Shown here: positions 19,896 through 29,300 of the stretch, piece by piece
How the letters are laid out: every line of letters begins with the position of its first letter
Position numbering within the stretch: the stretch's first letter is position 1
Assembly (NCBI GenBank): GCA_963662335.2
Contig: CAXXVD010000003.1
Location: 224,001 to 288,000 of the forward strand
From: Chloroflexota bacterium
GTDB taxonomy: Bacteria > Chloroflexota > UBA11872 > VXOZ01
Length of the DNA stretch: 64,000 bases
Direction of reading: 5' to 3'
The notes under the pieces: generated by a model
Databases searched by the model: none
What the model saw: only the letters and a program-made list of their open reading frames with translations
Told to the model about the DNA's origin: nothing
Position numbers and translations under genes: made by a program

Positions 19896-21089
19896 CTACT
19901 CGCTGGGCGCGTTGCCCAGCACCTTGTAGCCGTGGTTTTCCGGCGTGCGCTCGGCCACGGGCAACACCTCCACGAGCAAGCGGGAGAGGCCCACCACCTC
20001 GCCGTCGGCGTCGAAGCTGTAGTCATTGCCAATCGCGCCGCTCCACGTAATCTCGTACATGCAATCGCGGAAGCCGTCGGCGTCCTGGTCGTCGCCGGTG
20101 CGTTTGAGGCACTCAGCGGCGATGTACACGTTGTCATAGGCCGAACCCAAGTGCCAGGGCAGCGTGACGTAATCGTAACGCGCCCGGAAGTTGGCCAGGA
20201 CTTCCTGGGCCTTGGCGTTGTCGGGATGCAGGTTCGCCGTGATCGCCTTCATGCCGGTGGCGTGGTCGCCGGCGATTTCCAGCGCCGTGGTGCCCACGGC
20301 GATCGTCTCCGCGTAGATGGGGCCTTGGTAGCCCAACTCGCGCGCCTGCCGGATGATGACCCCGGCGGCGAACTCAGACTGCGGCGCCAGGTGGAGCGCG
20401 TCCGGCTCGGCGTCCAGCAGTTTGCTCAGTTGCGTGCGGAAGTCCGTAACGTCGGAGGCGTACGACTCCGCCGCTACCACCTCGCCGCCGCGTTCGGTGA
20501 ACTGCCCGACCGTGGTGCGGCGCACGCCCTCGGCGTAATCGGTGGCCTCGGTGATGGTGGCCAGCCGGCGGACGCCGTCGTTCCACATCACGTTGCCGGT
20601 GGCGATGCCGACCTCGATGTCGCTAATCTGGGTGCGAAAGATGTAGTCGCCGGCGTTGGCAATGTCCGGGTTGCTCGCCAGACCGGAAAAGAGAATGACG
20701 CCGTCGGCCTCGGCCAGCGGGGCAACCCCCAGCATCGCGCCGCTGCACGAGGTGCCCAGGATGATCTTCACGCCGTCCACGTCGGTCAGTTTGCGGTAGG
20801 CGGCCACCGCTTCCTTGGCGCTGCACTGGGAATCCTCTACCACGAACTCCAGCTTGCGGCCGTCGATGCCGCCGGCGGCGTTGATTTCGTCCAGCGCCAT
20901 CTGCTTGGCGCGCACGGCCACGTTGCCGTAGGTCTCGCCGGGGCCGGTGAGGGACTCCATGACGCCAATGCGATAAGGTGGCGGCTCACCGTCCTGCGCG
21001 GTGTCCGCGGCGGCGCAGCCAATGGCGAGCGCGGCCAGCAGCCACAGCGCCGGGAGCCAAATGAGTCGATTCCATGATACCGCTCGCAT
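19896..21089 (-). CDS. LivK/LivJ-family ABC substrate-binding lipoprotein (copy 1)
   Basis: Lipobox AIGC; SLTGP, EINAAGGIDGR, GTSCSG, GDYIFR, DFRTQL. ATG 21089 follows a GGAG RBS. Confidence 0.92.
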   Translation of the reverse strand: MRAVSWNRLIWLPALWLLAALAIGCAAADTAQDGEPPPYRIGVMESLTGPGETYGNVAVRAKQMALDEINAAGGIDGRKLEFVVEDSQCSAKEAVAAYRKLTDVDGVKIILGTSCSGAMLGVAPLAEADGVILFSGLASNPDIANAGDYIFRTQISDIEVGIATGNVMWNDGVRRLATITEATDYAEGVRRTTVGQFTERGGEVVAAESYASDVTDFRTQLSKLLDAEPDALHLAPQSEFAAGVIIRQARELGYQGPIYAETIAVGTTALEIAGDHATGMKAITANLHPDNAKAQEVLANFRARYDYVTLPWHLGSAYDNVYIAAECLKRTGDDQDADGFRDCMYEITWSGAIGNDYSFDADGEVVGLSRLLVEVLPVAERTPENHGYKVLGNAPSE

Positions 21090-21138
21090 TGCCCGTTTCT
21101 CCGTGAAAAGTGTCCTGAAAGCGCCTACTCCGGTAGTC

Positions 21139-21168
21139 AATCTAACATCATTAGCGTCAATGCTGCAA
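21139..21168 (-). promoter_or_regulatory. putative sigma70 promoter TTGCAG-N18-TAGATT (extended -10)
   Basis: A near-identical block lies upstream of the paralogue at 23399-23427. Confidence 0.6.
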
Positions 21169-21317
21169 CTGTGTGGAAGAAGATTGGCGCGCGTTCGCCG
21201 GCGCGGGTTGCGCCAAGCGCGATCCGTACCCCGTACACGTGAGGTCTCCTATGGAAGAGGGGATGGGGCGTTGCTGCCGCAATGAACTCAAATGGTGATG
21301 AGAACGACGCCTCGCCT

Positions 21318-21684
21318 CCGGTAGCGCAGGTTTGCAACCTGCGAGGCTGTGGGGCCAGTCCTTTGCGTGTGCTCTTCACTTGCCCAGGCGGGGGACAAGC
21401 CCCAATGCTGTCGCATTAAACAGAGAGGCAGCAAATCTCGCGTCCGAAGTCTCCGGTAGCGCAGGTTTGTAACCTGCGTAGCTGCCAGGTCAATCCTTTG
21501 CATGTCGGTTTGGATGGCTCAGGTGGGGGACAAGCCCCCGCGCTACGTTAATGCGACACCATTGGGGCTTGCCTCCCGCCAGGGCATGTAGCGCTCGGCG
21601 TATGCGCCGGTGGTCCGAGAAGAGAAGGGCCGGCCTTGAACACGTGGCCGCACAGCGGCGCAGGTTGCAAACCTGCGCTACCGG
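21318..21684. repeat. mosaic of REP families A and B plus a 39-bp inverted repeat pair
   Basis: Three family B and two family A units; inverted repeat 21381-21419 / 21548-21586 with 4 mismatches. Confidence 0.85.
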
Positions 21685-21721
21685 AGACGAGAGCGCCAAT
21701 GTTCATCGCAAAGATGTCTAA

Positions 21722-21980
21722 TGCGACAGGAAAGTGCCCGATGCGACACGAAGGATGCCCCGTGTGACACGAAAGATGCCCGATGCGACACGAAAGATGC
21801 CTTGTGCGACGCGAAGGATGCCTTGTGCGACACGAAGGATGCCTTGTGCGACACGAAGGATGCCTTGTGCGACACGAAGGATGCCTTGTGCGACACGAAG
21901 GATGCCTTGTGCGACGCGAAGGATGCCTTGTGCGACACGAAGGATGCCTTGTGCGACACGAAGGATGCCCTGTGCGACAC
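21722..21980. repeat. tandem array of about 12 x 21 bp (TGCGACACGAAGGATGCCTTG)
   Basis: Contiguous units with no spacers; more degenerate at the left end. Confidence 0.97.
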
Positions 21981-22139
21981 CATTGAAAGACGGGGTCGGA
22001 CTACACGCGCCAAACCGTTCGCACTTCGACAGGCTCAGTGCGAACGGTTCGGCGGTCATGCTGTCAGCCGTTTCGCAGCGCGGCCCCAGCGGCACACGGG
22101 CGCGTTGCGAACACCCTTTTCAGAATTAGGTCAGCGGCC

Positions 22140-23351
22140 CTATTCGGTCGGCGCGCTGCCCAGCACCTGGTAGCCCTGGTTCTCCTCGGTCCGTTCGGCT
22201 ACGGGCAGGATTTGCGCCACTACGTTGGAGAGGCCGACGACCTCGCCTTTTTCATCGAACGTGTAGTTCTCGCCGATACCGCCGGTCCACGTAATCCCGT
22301 AGAGGCAGTCTCTCACGCCGTCGGCGTCCTGATCGTCGCCGGTCTGCTTCAGGCACTCGGCGGTGATGTAGACGCTGTCATAGGCCGAGGCCAGGAACCA
22401 GGCCAAGGTGACGTACTCGTAGCGCGAGCGGAACTTGGCCAGAATCTCCTGGCCTCTCTCGTTATCCGGTGCGATGTCCGGCAGAACGGCCTTCACACCC
22501 GCGGCCGCGTCACCGGCAATCTCCAGCGCCGTGGCGCCCACCGGCACGATGTCCGTGTAGATCTGCCCCTCGAAGCCCAACTCCCGCACCTGCTTGATGA
22601 CGGTGCCGCCGGTGAACTCGGACTGCGCGGCAACCAGCAGGGCGTCCGGGTTCTCGCCCAGCAGCTTGGTCAGTTGGGTTCTGAAGTCGGTGGTATCGGA
22701 GCTATAGCGTTCCGCGCCCACCACCTCGCCGCCGCGCTTCTCGAACTGCTCCACGCTGGTGCGGCGCACGCCCTCGGCGTAGTCGGTGGACTCGGAGATC
22801 GTCGCCAGCTTGCGCACGCCGTCGGCCCACATCAAGTTGCCGGCGTCCACGCCCACCTTGGCGTCGCTGATGGCCGTGCGGAAGATGTAGTCGCCGGCGT
22901 CGGCAATGTCGGGATTGGTCGCCAGGCTGGAGAAGAGGATCACGCCGTCGGCCTCAGCCAATGGCGCCGCGCCCAGCATCGCGCCGCTGCACGAGGTGCC
23001 CAGGATGATCTTGACGCCGTCCACGTCGGTCAGCTTGTTATAGGCGGTGATCGCGTCCTGCGCGTTGCACTTGGAATCTTCCACGATCAGTTCCAACATG
23101 CGCCCGTTGATGCCGCCGGCCGCGTTGATCTCGTCCACCGCCATCTGCTTGGCGCGCACGGAGACGTTGCCGTAGGTCTCGCCCGGCCCCGTGAGCGACT
23201 CCATCACACCAACCTTGAACGGCGGTTGCGCAGCCTCTTCCATATCTGCGTCCGCGTCCGCGTCGCCGTCACCGCCGCAGGCAGCAACCACCACCGCCAG
23301 CAGCGCCATTGCCGCCAGCATGGTGAGCCGTTTCCAAGATACGAACCGCAT
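22140..23351 (-). CDS. LivK/LivJ-family ABC substrate-binding lipoprotein (copy 2)
   Basis: Lipobox VAAC and the same motifs as copy 1; GAGGAG RBS before ATG 23351. Confidence 0.93.
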   Translation of the reverse strand: MRFVSWKRLTMLAAMALLAVVVAACGGDGDADADADMEEAAQPPFKVGVMESLTGPGETYGNVSVRAKQMAVDEINAAGGINGRMLELIVEDSKCNAQDAITAYNKLTDVDGVKIILGTSCSGAMLGAAPLAEADGVILFSSLATNPDIADAGDYIFRTAISDAKVGVDAGNLMWADGVRKLATISESTDYAEGVRRTSVEQFEKRGGEVVGAERYSSDTTDFRTQLTKLLGENPDALLVAAQSEFTGGTVIKQVRELGFEGQIYTDIVPVGATALEIAGDAAAGVKAVLPDIAPDNERGQEILAKFRSRYEYVTLAWFLASAYDSVYITAECLKQTGDDQDADGVRDCLYGITWTGGIGENYTFDEKGEVVGLSNVVAQILPVAERTEENQGYQVLGSAPTE

Positions 23352-23398
23352 GGCATGCTCCTCTCTGAGAATGCGAGAACTAACAACACTTGACAAAG

Positions 23399-23427
23399 AC
23401 TGTAGCATCTTTGCGTCAATACTGCAA
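23399..23427 (-). promoter_or_regulatory. putative sigma70 promoter TTGCAG-N17-TACAGT (extended -10)
   Basis: Conserved with 21139-21168. Confidence 0.6.
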
Positions 23428-23480
23428 GTGAGAATGAGCAGCGATTGCTCGTTATGTCTGGTGCAAAGTGGACTTCCGGT

Positions 23481-23507
23481 TCCGTACGGTAACTGTTACC
23501 GCACGGA
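23481..23507. promoter_or_regulatory. 27-bp dyad, candidate operator (TCCGTACGGTAAC-T-GTTACCGCACGGA)
   Basis: 13-bp arms with one mismatch and a 1-bp centre, in the divergent intergenic region. Confidence 0.5.
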
Positions 23508-23760
23508 TTACAGAATTGAGCGCATGATCGTGGACGTATCCCAGCGTGAGCGTCCGGGCCTCTTAAGCGAGCACTTCCCATCTAAAAAGTAGAGGGAGTT
23601 AAACTGTGTAGGGAATTTTGTATTAAGCTAAAGTACACTACAATAGCATGGATTCGGATCGCTTTCAGAGCCGCCAATACCTCTGGAGCGGTGGCGTGGG
23701 GAGAAGTGGCGCGTGCATATCCAGCTTCTCTTTGAACCGACTGCCTTGCGCGAAGAAGCG

Positions 23761-26700
23761 GTGCGGTTTGTAGGAATAGTTCTGGGCATTTTAGTCGCAG
23801 GGATGGTGCTAGCGTCCTGCGCAGGCGATCAACAAGCCTTGCCCGCAACGCCGCAACCGACAGGCGCGGAAGTGCCTTTTCCTGGCCCGACAGCTACGCC
23901 AATGCCATCAGTTGCGCCGGGGCCGGTACCCCCGCCGCGCTTCATTGCGGTAAGCGGTGGCTATAGACACACGTGCGCATTGCAGGAGGACGGCACTGCC
24001 GTCTGTTGGGGCAGCGACATTTTCGGACAAGTATCGCCGCCCACGGGTGAACGCTTTAAGGCGATCAGCAGTGGCAGCGACCATACGTGCGCACTTACAT
24101 TAGAGGGTGACGCGGTCTGCTGGGGCGATGATAGGTCAGGGCAATCATCTCCGCCCGAAGGAGAGCGCTTTACAACGATTAGCAGTGGCTGGGCGCTCAC
24201 GTGCGCATTGCGTGAAGACGGGTCTGCCGTTTGCTGGGGTTACGACAAGCAAGGCGAGGAATTGCCGCCTGAAGGCGAGCGCTTTATTGCCATCAGCAGC
24301 GGCAGGTCCCACGCTTGCGCAGTTCGGTCAGACGGAGTTGCCATTTGCTGGGGCGACAACGAGGACGGCCAGACGGAAGCACCCGCGAGTGAACGCTTCA
24401 CGACCATCAGCAGCGGAGCGGACGATACGTGTGCGTTGCGCGAGGACGGCTCTGCGGTTTGCTGGGGGCGTGACTCTCTTGCCGGTCTAACTCTATCGGA
24501 AAACGAACGATTCACGGCAATTACCGTCAGTTTTTTCATCGCCTGCGGATTACGGGAAGATGGGACGGCTTTCTGTTGGGGCGACAGATCGGAAGGGTAC
24601 GTCGTTTCGCCGGAGGGTGAGAGTTTTGTTGCTCTCACCAGTGGTTTTGATCACTTTTGCGCCCTGCGAGCGGACGGTGCCATCTACTGTTGGGGTGATG
24701 ACGCCTACGGCAAGGCATCGCTGCCAATGGATGCATCCAAGCCGCAACTCACCCAGGCGGTTGTGGCGAAGCCGGTTCCCACACCTATCTTTTCCCAGCT
24801 ATCCGAAGATGCTGTGATTGCCGTTAGCAGCGGCAGCCTGCACACGTGCGCCCTGCGCCCGGACGGCACACCTATCTGCTGGGGATCGAATCGTGAAGGG
24901 CAGTCTGCGCCGCCGGCAGGCGAGCGGTTCATTGCCATCAGCAGCAGCGACTACCACACCTGCGCGCTCCGCGAGGATGGCTCTCCCGTCTGCTGGAGCG
25001 ATGACGACAAGTATGGTGAGTCTTCTCCTCCGCAAGGTGAGACGTTCGTTACAATCACCAGCGGCGACCGCCATTCGTGCGGCCTGCGTGCGGACGGCAC
25101 AGTGGTCTGCTGGGGTTCGGATCACTTTGGGCAGGCATCGCCGCCAAAAGGCGTGCGCTTCACGGCCATCAGCAGCGGCGGGAATCATGTCTGCGGCCTG
25201 CGAGAAGATGGTAAGGCTCTCTGTTGGGGCCTAGTCGGCGCAACGGCACCACCTCTCGGTGAAACATTCGTGGCAATCAGCAGTGGAGATGACCATACAT
25301 GTGCGCTGCGCGAGGATGGCTCTCCCGTCTGCTGGGGTGAAGACTACTTCGGTCAGGTCTATGCTCCGGAAGGCGAACGATTCATCGCTATCAGTAGCGC
25401 CAGAAAACACACGTGCGCGCTGCGCGAAGATGGCTCCGCGGTTTGCTGGGGGTTCTACGTACACGCTGACGCCAACCTCCATAGAGACAACTTCGGACAG
25501 GCGCGGCCACCGGAGGAAGAGCGCTTCGTTGCGATAAGCAGCGGGGACTTGCACACCTGCGCTTTGCGCGCTGACGGCACACCGGTTTGTTGGGGCGTTA
25601 ACGCCTCGCCGCCTGAGGAGGAGCGTTTTAGCGTCATTAGCAGCGGCTACTATCAGGCCTGCGGGCTGCGCCCTGACGGCTCTCTTTACTGTTGGGGTCC
25701 TTTCGCATCCTACAGATACTTCGGAAGCCCCGGCGAGTTTACCGCCGTTAGCGTCGGGTACCAGCCTTGCGGGCTGCGTGAGGATGGCACCATACATTGT
25801 TGGCTGTCGGGCACAACCGGCCACCCGCCGCCGCGGTCGCCGCCGGACGAGTACCGCTTCTCGGCGGTCAGCTCTGCACTACAGGGCTACCGCGGCCCGT
25901 ACACGTGTGCGCTCAAGACCGACGGCACACCGGTGTGTTGGGTCTGGGAATTCACCGATGAAAGCCCCCTTGAGGGTGAGGCCCTGGCCAGTGTGAGCGC
26001 TGGAGGATCTCACGGCTGCGGCCTCCGCGCAGACGGCACCGCAGTCTGCTGGGGCGAAAACCGTCTGGGACAGGCAACTCCGCCGGAAGAAGAGCAGTTT
26101 GTGGCGCTCAGCAGTGGGACTAACCACACCTGTGCACTGCGGGAAGAGGGCACTCTCGTCTGTTGGGGGAATGTTCGCGCCACGCCACCACAGCAGGACG
26201 GACGTTTCACCGCCATTAGCAGCGGCTCGGGTAACACGTGCGCGCTTCGTCCGGATGGCACGGCCGTATGTTGGGGCGACAATTACTCAGGCCAGTCCTC
26301 GTCGCCGGCAAATGAGCATTTTACGGACATCAGCACTGGCTATGCGCACACCTGCGGCCTCCGCGCAGACGGCAGCGCCGTGTGCTGGGGCTGGGAAGAC
26401 TTTGGACAGACGTCACCTGAGTCCTATCACGAGGCGCGACCTGCGGAAACACCTATACCCGTAGCGGCATCACCTGTGCCTGCCCCTCGTTTTCTGACGA
26501 TAACCGGTTTCTCAGACCACACGTGTGCGCTCCGCACGAACGGTGCCCCCGTCTGCTGGGGCGATTTCGATGCGGCGGCTCCGGAGAACGAACGCTTTAC
26601 TGCCATCAGCGCCAGCGGACACGTCTGTGCCCTGCGCGAGGATGGATCTCCCGTGTGCTGGGGCAACGATAACGGCGGCCAGGCAACGCCGCCGGAGGGA

Positions 26701-27276
26701 GAGCGCTTTTCGGCAATCAGCACAGGCAACGGTCACACCTGCGCTCTGCGGAAGGACGGTACGCCAATATGCTGGGGTTGGGACGATTACGGTCAAGCAT
26801 CACCACCAGAGGGAGAGCGCTTCATTTCCGTCAGCAGCGGCCGTCTGTTCACGTGCGCTCTGAGAGAAGACGGCACGCCGATTTGCTGGGGCGACGACTA
26901 TAGTGGCGCGACATCGCCGCCGGAGGGCGAGCACTTTATTGCGATCAGTGGCGGCAGTTCTTACAACTGTGCTCTCCGTGCCGACGGTTCACCGGTTTGC
27001 TGGGGAGGCTACAACTTCTACGGTGAAGCGTCGCCGCCGGAGGGCGAGCGCTTTACGGCAATCAGTAGCAGCTATGACCACACCTGCGCACTGCGGGAGG
27101 ACGGCACGGCCGTCTGTTGGGGCGACGATGCTTACGGCAAGGCCTCCCCGCCAGAAGGCGAGCGCTTTGCGGCTATCACTACCGGCAGCATGCACACGTG
27201 CGGGCTCCGCGAGGACGGCACGGCCCTCTGCTGGGGCTGGAACAAGCACAACCAGCTAGAAATCCCCGCAGAGTGA
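23761..27276 (+). CDS. RCC1/BLIP-II-like repeat lipoprotein, 28 repeats (7+14+7)
   Basis: Lipobox LASC; about 38-aa unit FxAISSGxxHTCALRxDGxxVCWGxxxxGQxSPPEGE; Pro-rich linkers. Start uncertain (23713 or 23761). Confidence 0.92.
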   Translation: MRFVGIVLGILVAGMVLASCAGDQQALPATPQPTGAEVPFPGPTATPMPSVAPGPVPPPRFIAVSGGYRHTCALQEDGTAVCWGSDIFGQVSPPTGERFKAISSGSDHTCALTLEGDAVCWGDDRSGQSSPPEGERFTTISSGWALTCALREDGSAVCWGYDKQGEELPPEGERFIAISSGRSHACAVRSDGVAICWGDNEDGQTEAPASERFTTISSGADDTCALREDGSAVCWGRDSLAGLTLSENERFTAITVSFFIACGLREDGTAFCWGDRSEGYVVSPEGESFVALTSGFDHFCALRADGAIYCWGDDAYGKASLPMDASKPQLTQAVVAKPVPTPIFSQLSEDAVIAVSSGSLHTCALRPDGTPICWGSNREGQSAPPAGERFIAISSSDYHTCALREDGSPVCWSDDDKYGESSPPQGETFVTITSGDRHSCGLRADGTVVCWGSDHFGQASPPKGVRFTAISSGGNHVCGLREDGKALCWGLVGATAPPLGETFVAISSGDDHTCALREDGSPVCWGEDYFGQVYAPEGERFIAISSARKHTCALREDGSAVCWGFYVHADANLHRDNFGQARPPEEERFVAISSGDLHTCALRADGTPVCWGVNASPPEEERFSVISSGYYQACGLRPDGSLYCWGPFASYRYFGSPGEFTAVSVGYQPCGLREDGTIHCWLSGTTGHPPPRSPPDEYRFSAVSSALQGYRGPYTCALKTDGTPVCWVWEFTDESPLEGEALASVSAGGSHGCGLRADGTAVCWGENRLGQATPPEEEQFVALSSGTNHTCALREEGTLVCWGNVRATPPQQDGRFTAISSGSGNTCALRPDGTAVCWGDNYSGQSSSPANEHFTDISTGYAHTCGLRADGSAVCWGWEDFGQTSPESYHEARPAETPIPVAASPVPAPRFLTITGFSDHTCALRTNGAPVCWGDFDAAAPENERFTAISASGHVCALREDGSPVCWGNDNGGQATPPEGERFSAISTGNGHTCALRKDGTPICWGWDDYGQASPPEGERFISVSSGRLFTCALREDGTPICWGDDYSGATSPPEGEHFIAISGGSSYNCALRADGSPVCWGGYNFYGEASPPEGERFTAISSSYDHTCALREDGTAVCWGDDAYGKASPPEGERFAAITTGSMHTCGLREDGTALCWGWNKHNQLEIPAE

Positions 27277-27392
27277 GTCTTGGCCTTCAGACTCCGTTAT
27301 AGGCCTGAATTCGGGGCAAAAATGGCACTCCACATTGTCCCGCGCGTGCCGGAGTCCATCGCGCACAAATGTGCCTCTAGTTACCCCCGTAT

Positions 27393-28193
27393 CTATCCGC
27401 CTTGCTGTGCCAGCAACTTTTCCACGTGCGCCCGCACTACGCCGCGGTCGGCGTGGCAGACCAGGTTGGGGTAGGGGAACGCGCCCGTGGCGCGGAATTT
27501 CTCGGCGTTGGGGTAGTGGAAGTCGCCGGTGTGGGTCATGAACTGGCCCCACCAGCCGTAGGTGTAGCCTGGGGTATACCGTCTGCCGTCGTCGCGCCAC
27601 TCCGGGGGGAAGAGCGACCGAAACGGTGGGAAGCCGTTTATCCAACTGCCGCATTGCACACGCCGGATGTCCGGCCGGTCGCGTTCCAGGTCGTCCAGCA
27701 GTTTCAGCAGCGCGCGCGCCAGCGCGGGCATATCCCAAAACGGCGACTTTGGCTGCAAGAAGTTGGTGAAGTGCAGGTGCACCCGGTCGTCCGCGTAGTC
27801 GCGGCTGAAGCAGCTATAGGGCGTGGGCGGGATTTCTTGCCCGGCTCCCTTCCAGAGGTCGCCGTCCCGTTCACCGGCCAGGCGTTGCTCCATGGCGGGC
27901 AGGAGCAGCGCATAGGCGGCCTCTTCCAGGGCTTGCGTGGTGGCGTCGGCGGCGTGTTGGTCGAAGAGCGCCTGCAGTTGCGCTACCAGCGCGTCCCACT
28001 CCGGATCGGGATGTCCCTGCGCCGGATGGCGTTTCCCATCCCAGAGGTGCGTGCGCCGGTAGATGTCCACGCGGGTGGTGATCAGTTCCGCGAAAGGCCG
28101 CCGCTCGGTGCGCAGCAAGCGGTGCACGTACCAGATCTTGAGTTTCACGCACTCGCGGTCGTAGTTGCGGCGGATTTCCAGCCGAGATGCCAC
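27393..28193 (-). CDS. hypothetical protein
   Basis: 266-aa ORF with host-like codon usage, co-oriented downstream of the oxidoreductase. Confidence 0.8.
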   Translation of the reverse strand: MASRLEIRRNYDRECVKLKIWYVHRLLRTERRPFAELITTRVDIYRRTHLWDGKRHPAQGHPDPEWDALVAQLQALFDQHAADATTQALEEAAYALLLPAMEQRLAGERDGDLWKGAGQEIPPTPYSCFSRDYADDRVHLHFTNFLQPKSPFWDMPALARALLKLLDDLERDRPDIRRVQCGSWINGFPPFRSLFPPEWRDDGRRYTPGYTYGWWGQFMTHTGDFHYPNAEKFRATGAFPYPNLVCHADRGVVRAHVEKLLAQQGG

Positions 28194-28234
28194 GTATTCG
28201 CCTCTTTCATCGCACTTGCCCGGAACGGCGCGCG

Positions 28235-29212
28235 CTACCGCTGGCCCGCCACGTCAACCGGCAGGCCGGTCTCGATTGACTGCCGCGCCGCTGCGATGAG
28301 CCGCATCGCCTCCACGCCGTCTTCTCCCGTCACGAGCGGCGCGGCCTTGCCTTCCACGCAGTCCAGGAAGTGGCTGATCTCCTGGTAGTAGCGGTCGTGG
28401 CCGCCCACGTCGGATTCCAGCCGCTCGGTGACGTGATCCAGGCTGAAGCGGCTGCGGCCGGTGAGAAAATCGATGACGATCGCGCCGCGCTCGCCGTAGA
28501 TTTCCACGCGCTTCTCCGTGTGGGGCGACGACCAACTGCCCTCCAGCGTGCCGACCACGCCGTCCACGCTCTCCGCCATGAACGCCACGGTATCGGTGCC
28601 GGGGATGTCCTGGGCCAGGGTTCCGCCCTTGGCGTAGATGTTTTGCATCTCTCCCACCAGGTAGCGGAAGAGGTCAACGTAGTGTGGGCCGGATTCCCAC
28701 AGGATGCCGCCGCCCTGGGCCGGGTCCGCCAGCCACGTGCCGGCCATCAACTCCACACCCGCGAACCGGAGGCGCAGATGGTGCAGCGGCCCCAGCTTAT
28801 CGGCATCTATCCACTCTTTGGCTTTCGCGATTGGCGTGTAGAAGCGGTTGCAGAACGCGGTTAGCAGGACGACGTTGGCGCGCTTGGCGGCGGCGACCAT
28901 GGCCCGGCCTTCATCAACGCTCATCGCCAGCGGTTTCTCGCAAAGCACGTGCACGCCGCGCTCCGCCGCGCGCTCGGTGATCGGGCGGTGCGTGGGCGGC
29001 GGCGTGCACACGCTGACGGCGTGCAGGTCTTCCGCGCGCAGCAGCGCCGCGTAGTCTGTGTAGGCGCGCGCGTCGTATTCTTGCGCGCGCGCCGCCGCCG
29101 CGGCCGGAAGCGGGTCGGCCACGGCCACGACCTCCGCCCGCCCGCTCTTGGCATAGCTGCGCAGGTGAGCGTGCGAAATCGCGCCGCACCCAATCACGGC
29201 CACGCGCATCAT
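28235..29212 (-). CDS. Gfo/Idh/MocA family oxidoreductase
   Basis: VAVIGCGAI, VCTPPPTH, HVLCEKP, GGGIL...H..D. Confidence 0.95.
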   Translation of the reverse strand: MMRVAVIGCGAISHAHLRSYAKSGRAEVVAVADPLPAAAAARAQEYDARAYTDYAALLRAEDLHAVSVCTPPPTHRPITERAAERGVHVLCEKPLAMSVDEGRAMVAAAKRANVVLLTAFCNRFYTPIAKAKEWIDADKLGPLHHLRLRFAGVELMAGTWLADPAQGGGILWESGPHYVDLFRYLVGEMQNIYAKGGTLAQDIPGTDTVAFMAESVDGVVGTLEGSWSSPHTEKRVEIYGERGAIVIDFLTGRSRFSLDHVTERLESDVGGHDRYYQEISHFLDCVEGKAAPLVTGEDGVEAMRLIAAARQSIETGLPVDVAGQR

Positions 29213-29300
29213 CGTTTCATCGTCCTCGCTGTTGCTGGCATTGCCCGGCCTGACGGTTTCGTCGCCATCCGGGTACGCATTGTCTTGTGACGGGCCGCTT

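Noticed and set aside
21722-21980. CRISPR array
   Set aside because: Units are contiguous with no unique spacers, and no cas genes are in the window.
21678-22173. ORFs across the 21-bp array (CDTKDAL, VAQGILR, SFVSHKA repeats)
   Set aside because: All frames are open only because the unit lacks stop codons; no RBS or homology favours any one frame.
23761-27276. Diversity-generating retroelement acting on the RCC1 repeats
   Set aside because: No reverse transcriptase and no template/variable repeat pair differing only at adenines was seen.
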